Assembly: GCA_038874655.1 (NCBI GenBank)
Contig: JAVZBY010000002.1
Span: 1-24,000 of the forward strand
Direction: 5' to 3'
DNA length: 24,000 nucleotides
Source: Candidatus Woesearchaeota archaeon
Lineage (GTDB): Archaea > Nanobdellota > Nanobdellia > Woesearchaeales > GW2011-AR15
Position 1 is the stretch's first letter; every line of letters begins with the position of its first letter. Shown piece by piece: positions 17,616 through 24,000 of the stretch. A program made the position numbers and the translations under genes. The notes under the pieces were generated by a model, which was given only the letters and a program-made list of their open reading frames with translations, ran no database searches and was not told where the DNA came from.

Positions 17616-17663
17616 CTAACCACCCACATATTAATATTTTAACTAAAAACTTTCATTAAAATT

Positions 17664-17684
17664 TAGAGAAAAATAATTTCTCTA
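17664..17684. promoter_or_regulatory. Inverted repeat upstream of gyrB (TAGAGAAA-AATAA-TTTCTCTA)
   Basis: Perfect 8-bp arms, 5-nt spacer, about 50 bp upstream of the gyrB ATG. Confidence 0.3.
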
Positions 17685-17993
17685 CTAAATCTTTAAGTCA
17701 ACTCTTTTTATAGCTTTTTTATTTTTAATTTTTTCAAATTTTTAGATACTTTATCGTCTATACTTTATAATAAAATTAAATTTTTAATTACTTATAAAGA
17801 TTGCGGAATTTTTTTATAGCAATTAAACATAATGTTTAAAAATAAACCTATTTCTTAAATAAGTTATATTTAGGAAATTCAACCAATAACTTTTAAATAA
17901 ATACCAAAAACTTTTTAATAGAATATTTATTTTAATTAAAATAAATTATAACTAAAAGTAATTTAATACTTAAATTTAGGAGGGGTGGTTTTT

Positions 17994-19832
17994 TTGTCAA
18001 CAAAATCTAAACCAATAAAAAAGAGCCATACAGAATTTCATGGTGTGGCAAGAAAAAGTAATAAAAAAACATGGATGCTAATCTCAGGTATATTAGCAAT
18101 AGCATTAATAATTTCAATATTTACAAATGGCTTTTATTTCAATAATTTAAAGTTAGCAGAAAACATTTTAAAAAAAGAATCACAAAAAATAACAAATTCA
18201 GAGGCAAAATCTAAATTAAATAATGCTTTAGAATCTTTAAGTAGTGCAATTTCTTTGATTGAATCAGAAAAAAAATCTTCAACAAGTTCTACATATACAG
18301 GAAAAAAAGTCAAACTTGAATTTTACGTTATGAGTCAATGTCCTTATGGTATTCAAGTAGAAAATGCAGTAAAGCCAGTTTTAGATAAATTAGGTGATGC
18401 TGTTGATTTTAGTATTAATTTTATAGCAACAGATTTAGGCAATGGTCAATTCCAAAGTTTACATGGACAAAATGAAGTTTTAGGAAATATTGTTCAATTG
18501 TGTGCAATGAAATATGAGCCAAAAAAATACATGGATTTAATTGTTTGTATGAATAAAAACGCAGCACAAATTCCAGATAATTGGGAATCATGTGCTAGAG
18601 AGAATGGATTAAATGTAGATAAAATAAAATCTTGTTATGTAGGAGATGAAGGAAAACAATTGCATTCTGAATCAATAAAAAAATCAGAAACAGTAAAAGC
18701 AACAGGTAGTCCTACAATGTATATCAATGGTAAACAATATAATGGTGGTCGTGATACAACCTCATTTTTTAGAGCATTATGCGCAGAAATACCAGATCAT
18801 AAAGCATGTTCAGAAATTCCAAAACCAAAAGATGTTAATTTAATAATAATAAATGATAAACAGTGTGCACAATGTCAACAATATAATTCATTAGCTGACC
18901 AATTAAAAAGTTTATTCCCAGGTTTGAAAACAAAAATATTGGACTATGAAGAACAAGAAGGACAAAAACTTTATAATGAATTAAACTTGAAATTTTTGCC
19001 TGTTTTCTTGTTTGATAAATCAGTAGAAGAAGGAGAGGGTTATAGTAATGTGCAAATGTATTTAGACAAAGTAGGGGATTACTATAGTTTAAGAATAGGT
19101 GCAAATTATGACCCAAAAGCAGAAGTTTGTAATGATGGTAAAGATAACAGAGACAATGATGGTAAAGTAGATTGTCAAGATGATGAATGTAAGAACTATT
19201 GGCAATGCATGGAAAAAAAGGATAAGCCAGAAGTACAATTATTTGTAATGAGCCATTGTCCATTTGGAACACAAATGGAAAAAGGCATTTTGCCTGTTGT
19301 TGAATTATTAGGAAACAAAATTGACTTTAAAGTAAGATTTGTATATTATGCAATGCATGGTGAAGTAGAAGTTAAAGAACAAATAAGACAATATTGCATA
19401 CAAAAGGAGCAATCTGATAAATACTTAAGCTATTTAAAATGCTTCTTAGAAGCAGGAGAAACAGATAAATGTTTAACACAAGCAAACATTGATAAGACAA
19501 AATTAGACACATGTTATGAAAAAACAGATAAAGAATTTAATGTAATGGCAAACTTCAATGATAAAACAACATGGTTAAGTGGCAGATATCCTCTATTTAA
19601 CATAGATAAACAACTAAATGAAAAATATGGTGTTCAAGGAAGTCCAACATTAGTAGTTAATGATGTTGTTGTTGAAACAGCAAGAGATCCAAATAGTTTA
19701 TTAAAAACAATTTGCACTGGTTTCAAAGAACAACCAAGTGAATGTGATAAGCAATTACCAACAACAGGATTTAGTGCAGGCTTTGGCTATAATGAAGCAG
19801 ATACTAATACATTAGCAGGTTGTGGTGTCTAA
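17994..19832 (+). CDS. Membrane-anchored/exported protein with three thioredoxin-fold-like modules (two CPxG DsbA/GILT-like, one CAQC)
   Basis: N-terminal hydrophobic anchor TWMLISGILAIALIISIFT; VKLEFYVMSQCPYGIQVENAVKPVLDKLG; VNLIIINDKQCAQCQQYNSLADQL; VQLFVMSHCPFGTQMEKGILPVVELLG. GGAGGGGTG ribosome binding site favours TTG 17994 over the track's GTG 17985. Confidence 0.8.
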   Translation: MSTKSKPIKKSHTEFHGVARKSNKKTWMLISGILAIALIISIFTNGFYFNNLKLAENILKKESQKITNSEAKSKLNNALESLSSAISLIESEKKSSTSSTYTGKKVKLEFYVMSQCPYGIQVENAVKPVLDKLGDAVDFSINFIATDLGNGQFQSLHGQNEVLGNIVQLCAMKYEPKKYMDLIVCMNKNAAQIPDNWESCARENGLNVDKIKSCYVGDEGKQLHSESIKKSETVKATGSPTMYINGKQYNGGRDTTSFFRALCAEIPDHKACSEIPKPKDVNLIIINDKQCAQCQQYNSLADQLKSLFPGLKTKILDYEEQEGQKLYNELNLKFLPVFLFDKSVEEGEGYSNVQMYLDKVGDYYSLRIGANYDPKAEVCNDGKDNRDNDGKVDCQDDECKNYWQCMEKKDKPEVQLFVMSHCPFGTQMEKGILPVVELLGNKIDFKVRFVYYAMHGEVEVKEQIRQYCIQKEQSDKYLSYLKCFLEAGETDKCLTQANIDKTKLDTCYEKTDKEFNVMANFNDKTTWLSGRYPLFNIDKQLNEKYGVQGSPTLVVNDVVVETARDPNSLLKTICTGFKEQPSECDKQLPTTGFSAGFGYNEADTNTLAGCGV

Positions 19833-19868
19833 AATTTTTTTACAAAACTAAATATATGAGGAATAAAG

Positions 19869-20240
19869 ATGAAAAAAATTTATTTTTTTTTATTTTTTAT
19901 AACATTTATTCTATTTTTAAGTTCATGTTCAAAAAATAACATAGAAACAAAAAATTTAGATAATTTTGCTGAATGTATTGCAAATTCTAATGCAAAATTA
20001 TATGCAGCATTTTGGTGTCCTCATTGTAAAGAACAAAAAGAAATGTTTGGTTCTTCATGGGATAAAATAAAAGATAGAGTTTATGTTGAATGTTCAAATC
20101 CAGATAGGACACAAACAGAAATATGCAGACAACAAAACATTAGAGGTTATCCAACCTGGAAATTCTCAGATGGTTCAGAATTATTAGGAAAACAAGATTT
20201 TTACACATTAGCACAAAAAACAGGTTGTGAACTTAACTGA
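19869..20240 (+). CDS. Thioredoxin-fold lipoprotein-like protein, similar to the Trx module of VKOR fusions
   Basis: Signal MKKIYFFLFFITFILFLSSC (lipobox-like); YAAFWCPHCKEQKEMFGSSWDKIKDRVYVECSNPDRTQTEICRQQNIRGYPTWKF. Confidence 0.82.
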   Translation: MKKIYFFLFFITFILFLSSCSKNNIETKNLDNFAECIANSNAKLYAAFWCPHCKEQKEMFGSSWDKIKDRVYVECSNPDRTQTEICRQQNIRGYPTWKFSDGSELLGKQDFYTLAQKTGCELN

Positions 20241-20410
20241 ATTTAGAAAATTTTATTTTATATTTATTACTTTAAGTTTATTTACTTAAAAGCGATAAGA
20301 AATCTTTATAAATAAATTCTTTTCATTTCATTAAATACAAACTAAATACATAGTATATTAAAAAAATTCATAAAAAATTTTAAAAATAACTTTTTTTAAT
20401 TGGTGAAAAC

Positions 20411-20650
20411 ATGGCTAAACTCTATAAAGTAAGAAAGAAATGTATGATATGTGGAAATGTATTTTACCCAAAATATGCTGGCTCACTTTATTGTGAGGAT
20501 TGTAAAAAAAAAAAGAAAGAAGAAGCAAAAAAACAAAAAAAATTGGAAGAAAAACAAAAAAAAGAAAAAAAATCTCCAAAAACAAAAAAACCTAAAAAAG
20601 AATTAACTAAACAAAAAATTAGTAAGAAATCAAAAACTAAAAGAAAATAG
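20411..20650 (+). CDS. Small zinc-ribbon protein with Lys-rich tail
   Basis: CMICGNVFYPKYAGSLYCEDC followed by a basic low-complexity tail; GGTG ribosome binding site. Confidence 0.7.
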   Translation: MAKLYKVRKKCMICGNVFYPKYAGSLYCEDCKKKKKEEAKKQKKLEEKQKKEKKSPKTKKPKKELTKQKISKKSKTKRK

Positions 20651-20787
20651 TTTTATTAGTTTTAAAATAAGCAGTTTATAAAAAAATAATCCCCCTAATT
20701 TTCAAAACCTTTTTAGTAGTTCTTATTTTTAATTTTCTATATCACAACTCCGTTTTATTTTTAAATTATGTCTCTTTCTAAGATTTA

Positions 20788-21135
20788 ATGCTAAAAGTTG
20801 AAATTTTCACAAGTCCAACATGTCCTTATTGTCCTCATGCAGTAAAATTAGCAAAAGAATTATTGAAAGAAAGGAATGATTTCAAGATTGTTGAAACAAG
20901 CACAGGAACATATGAGGGAAGAAAAAGAGCAGAAAACTTTGATGTAAGAAGTGTGCCAACTTTATTTATAACAGGCCCCGGAACACAAGAAAGAATTGGT
21001 TATGTTGGAGTGCCATCAAAAAATACATTCAATAAAATGTTAGATATTGCATTAGGCAAAGAAAAATGGCCAGAACAAGAAAAAAAAGAATCAATCTTTT
21101 CAAGACTTTTTAATAAATTAAAAAGTACAAAATAA
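20788..21135 (+). CDS. Thioredoxin/glutaredoxin-fold protein (CPYC)
   Basis: VEIFTSPTCPYCPHAVKLAKELL, RAENFDVRSVPTLFI. Confidence 0.87.
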   Translation: MLKVEIFTSPTCPYCPHAVKLAKELLKERNDFKIVETSTGTYEGRKRAENFDVRSVPTLFITGPGTQERIGYVGVPSKNTFNKMLDIALGKEKWPEQEKKESIFSRLFNKLKSTK

Positions 21136-21207
21136 AAATAATAGTCCCTAAAAACTTAATCAAAATAAACAAAAATTAAAAAAATCAATATAATGGAGGT
21201 AATTAAA

Positions 21208-21447
21208 ATGCCAAGAGTAAAAGTTTATACTACACCAAGTTGCCCATATTGTTATATGTTAAAAGAATATTTAAGGGCTAACAAGGTTGATTTTGAGGAT
21301 GTAGATGTTTCAAGTGATTATGAAGCAGCAATGGAAATGATAGAAAAATCAGGCCAAAGAGGTGTTCCAGTAGCAGATATTGATGGCCATATTGTAGTTG
21401 GGTTTGATCAACCAAGAATTGCAAGATTATTAAATTTAAGAAGGTAA
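21208..21447 (+). CDS. Glutaredoxin/NrdH-like protein (CPYC)
   Basis: PRVKVYTTPSCPYCYMLKEYLRANKVDFEDVDV, QRGVPVADIDGHIVVGFDQPRIARLL. The track start is 21193; ATG 21208 follows GGAGGT and is preferred. Confidence 0.92.
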   Translation: MPRVKVYTTPSCPYCYMLKEYLRANKVDFEDVDVSSDYEAAMEMIEKSGQRGVPVADIDGHIVVGFDQPRIARLLNLRR

Positions 21448-21547
21448 TTTATAACATAATTTATTGTAAATTTCCCCTTTTAATTTTTTATTTTTTATAG
21501 ATATTTATTTAGTTAATTTATTAAAGATTTTCTTTTTTTCATTTTTT

Positions 21548-22288
21548 ATGCTTAAAAATACATTTTTGCATATTCCCTATGTTAATGAAAAAACAGAATT
21601 TTTTCTATGGCAAAATGGTTTTTTAGACTGGGAATCTTGCTTAAATTGTAATAAAAAAATAATCTCACAAATGGATTTATTAAAAAAATTTATTTTATTA
21701 TCCATAAAAAATTATCAAAATCATGAGTTTTTTTCACAAAGATTAGAAGCTAAACATCATTGGCGAGCTTATCCTGATTTTAAAGAAAAAGCTTGTTTTC
21801 TAGATATAGAAACAACAGGGTTGGATAAAAAAAAAGACGATATTACTTTAATTGGAATTTATGAACCAATAACCCAAAAAGCAAAATTCTTTATCTTAGG
21901 AAAAAACATGCATTTATTTGAAAATGAAATAAAAAAATATTCCTATCTAATTACCTTTAATGGATTTTTATTTGATTTGCCATTTATTAGAGAAAAATTT
22001 AATATTGAATTAAATCAATTACATTCAGATTTAAGATTTTTATTATGTAAATTAGGATATACAGGTGGCTTAAAAAAAATAGAAAATGATTTGGGATTAA
22101 TTAGAAATACAAATGTAAAAGATGGTTTAGAAGCAATTAAATTGTGGAATTATTACAAGAAATATAATGATGAAATATCTTTACATAAATTAATTGACTA
22201 TAATTACGAAGACATAAAAAATTTGCATTTTTTAATGGAATTTGCTTATGAAAATTTAAAAAAACAAATATTTGAAAGAATAAACTAA
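21548..22288 (+). CDS. RNase H-fold 3'-5' exonuclease-like protein (YprB/COG3359-like)
   Basis: CFLDIETTGLDKKKDDITLIGIY, YLITFNGFLFDLPFI, HSDLRFLLCKLGYTGGLKKIENDLGL, YNYEDIKNLHFLM. Confidence 0.83.
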   Translation: MLKNTFLHIPYVNEKTEFFLWQNGFLDWESCLNCNKKIISQMDLLKKFILLSIKNYQNHEFFSQRLEAKHHWRAYPDFKEKACFLDIETTGLDKKKDDITLIGIYEPITQKAKFFILGKNMHLFENEIKKYSYLITFNGFLFDLPFIREKFNIELNQLHSDLRFLLCKLGYTGGLKKIENDLGLIRNTNVKDGLEAIKLWNYYKKYNDEISLHKLIDYNYEDIKNLHFLMEFAYENLKKQIFERIN

Positions 22289-22311
22289 TACATATAAAAG
22301 AAGATGAATTC

Positions 22312-23775
22312 TTAATTTTCAATATTTTTTAAATAATCTTCTATTTTTTTCAAAACCTCTTCTTTATTTATGCTGCTAAATCTCAAAGTTCCTGCATAAT
22401 CATGACCACCGCCATCAATTAAAGCATATGGCATTTTTTCTTTTAAATAGTCTATTAATTTTATTAAACTAAAATTAACATCATCTGCTCTAAAAATTAT
22501 TGAATCTTCACTTATTACCATAGTAATTCTTTTTCCTGTAAATAAGTCATTAGTAATTCTAGGTAATTTACTTCCAATGTAATCATAATTAACAACATCT
22601 CTATTTATCTTTATTATTTTTATTCCATTAAGGTTTTCAATAACTGCGTTTTTTTCAATTGCTTTTTTAACTAAATCTTCTTTATACTTTATAAAATAAA
22701 ATATTTCTTGAATTATTTTTTCCCTTGTTTCATTATAAAAAAATAAATCATTCAATAATTCAGAGCTTTCATTAAATTTTAGATGATATAAATCATAATC
22801 AATTGCAATTGCCCATTCCTTTAATTTTTCTAAAGTAAAATTTGAAAGTTTCAAATATTCTTCATATTCATAACCATTAGATTTATCAGCAGTTCCAGAT
22901 AAAGCTGGTAAATGATTAAATTTATTTGGATTTAATTCAGGGTTAATAAAAAAAGCCAATTCTGTTGATAAAGATCCAGCATTAATTTCAGATCCGAAAT
23001 CAAAAACATGTGGATTTAAAAAAACTTTGGAAATTTCTTTATTCTCTTTATCATATTTATGATGATCAATAATAACAAAATCAAAGCCATATTTACTTAA
23101 TCTTTTTAATGAAGGATAACTTTGACTATTGCTTCCTAAATCGCACAATATAATTAATGGCGCTTTTTCATCATATTTTTCTTTTGCATCTAAATAGTCA
23201 TTTAAATCTCTTAAAGCATCAATATAATCATAATAAGGACTTCGTGATGATATTCTTGTTAAAAACAAATGGCTTTTATCATTAATCTCTTTAATTAAGG
23301 GCAAAATCGCTTTTTCTAAAATATAGCCAGACACATAACCATCAACATCATCATGATGTCTTATAATAATTGGTCTATTTTCATCTATGGTTTTTTCAAT
23401 AATTTTAGCAGCTTCTATAAACAAAGGTCTTAATTTTTCTAATTTTTCTGATTTTATTAGAAAAGGCTTTTTTTCTAAATTAATTTTTTCAATTACATTT
23501 TGATTTATTTTTTCATAATTTAAAAGTTCAACTTCAATATTTCCTAATCTCTCTTTTACTAAGATTTTTGCTTGAATATTATTTCCAATAACTAAATTAG
23601 GAAAGGCTCTTTCACCTGCTTTTAAAAAACCAGTTGCTTTAATAACACCAGTATTATCTTTTAAATCAAAAATCGTGGGCCCAGAGGTTTGCCTTATTGA
23701 TTTTACTTGTGCTATTAAAAAGTATTCTTTTCCAATCTTATCTTTGGTAATTTCTTTTATTTTTATATAATCCAT
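22312..23775 (-). CDS. DHH-family RecJ-like protein with N-terminal OB-fold domain
   Basis: OB-like N-terminus FLIAQVKSIRQTSGPTIFDLKDNTGVIKATGF; IIRHHDDVDGYVSGYILEKA; ILCDLGSN; VIIDHHKYD; IDGGGHDYAGTLRF. The track start is TTG 23790; ATG 23775 preferred. Confidence 0.87.
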   Translation of the reverse strand: MDYIKIKEITKDKIGKEYFLIAQVKSIRQTSGPTIFDLKDNTGVIKATGFLKAGERAFPNLVIGNNIQAKILVKERLGNIEVELLNYEKINQNVIEKINLEKKPFLIKSEKLEKLRPLFIEAAKIIEKTIDENRPIIIRHHDDVDGYVSGYILEKAILPLIKEINDKSHLFLTRISSRSPYYDYIDALRDLNDYLDAKEKYDEKAPLIILCDLGSNSQSYPSLKRLSKYGFDFVIIDHHKYDKENKEISKVFLNPHVFDFGSEINAGSLSTELAFFINPELNPNKFNHLPALSGTADKSNGYEYEEYLKLSNFTLEKLKEWAIAIDYDLYHLKFNESSELLNDLFFYNETREKIIQEIFYFIKYKEDLVKKAIEKNAVIENLNGIKIIKINRDVVNYDYIGSKLPRITNDLFTGKRITMVISEDSIIFRADDVNFSLIKLIDYLKEKMPYALIDGGGHDYAGTLRFSSINKEEVLKKIEDYLKNIEN

Positions 23776-23796
23776 TTTAATTAATTTCAATTTTTT

Positions 23797-24000
23797 TTAT
23801 TCTTCTTTATTATTAATTATTTTTCCGTAATCTCTTTTTCCATAATCTTGCCAAGGAGAATGTCCAAAATGTATCAACAAATCAACTCCCAAATTTTTTA
23901 CTTGTAATGGCAAATCACAACTTCCATAATTACTTGACCCCCAAATAATAACTTGTGCATTTGTATTTTTTTCAATCTCTTTTTGTATAAATTCTGCTTT
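23797..24000 (-). CDS. C-terminal end of a Dph2-like ORF (diphthamide biosynthesis, first domain only), partial at window edge
   Basis: Not in the track (no start in window). Translates to KAEFIQKEIEKNTNAQVIIWGSSNYGSCDLPLQVKNLGVDLLIHFGHSPWQDYGKRDYGKIINNKEE*; NYG-x-CD...GVDLLIHFGHS matches the Dph2 first-domain signature. Confidence 0.65.
   Translation of the reverse strand, partial: KAEFIQKEIEKNTNAQVIIWGSSNYGSCDLPLQVKNLGVDLLIHFGHSPWQDYGKRDYGKIINNKEE

Noticed and set aside
18835-19272. 145-aa - strand ORF rich in Leu/Tyr/His
   Set aside because: Antisense to the triple-Trx gene; biased composition consistent with a chance frame.
22137-22322. 61-aa - strand ORF
   Set aside because: Overlaps the 3' end of the exonuclease-like gene antisense; no support.
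1-24000. CRISPR array, transposase/IS element, toxin-antitoxin or known defence system
   Set aside because: No regularly spaced repeats, no transposase/integrase/Cas motifs, and no recognised TA pair found. The lone winged-helix regulator at 4630 and the HTH-duplicate protein are not sufficient evidence.

Overview
This is a very AT-rich, gene-dense window. It is best read as a chromosomal segment of a small-genome, probably DPANN-type archaeon: archaeal uS15 and eS1, two archaeal RecJ-like DHH proteins, a Dph2-like fragment, alongside bacterial-type GyrB and RibA. That taxonomy is inference. About 22 credible complete protein genes, two edge-truncated ORFs and one tRNA-Gln(CUG) are supported. 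Recognisable blocks are: tandem HAD phosphatases plus S-adenosylhomocysteine hydrolase; a riboflavin pair (ribA and RibD-C reductase) divergent from a flavoprotein photolyase; an ArsB/NhaD-like transporter divergent from a standalone Smr protein; uS15, a RecJ-like DHH protein and an inverted eS1; gyrB without gyrA; and a five-gene same-strand run, four of whose members are thiol-redox proteins, headed by a three-thioredoxin-like-domain exported/membrane protein. I see no CRISPR array, transposon or recognisable defence island. The best candidates for something undescribed are: the fused thiol protein and its redox neighbourhood; a two-hairpin candidate ncRNA or leader upstream of uS15; a nested hairpin just 3' of tRNA-Gln; an inverted repeat overlapping the photolyase translation start region; and a Dph2-like ORF that appears to stop after its first domain. 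The supplied ORF track mislabels 7903..8109 as +; that protein reads from the - strand.
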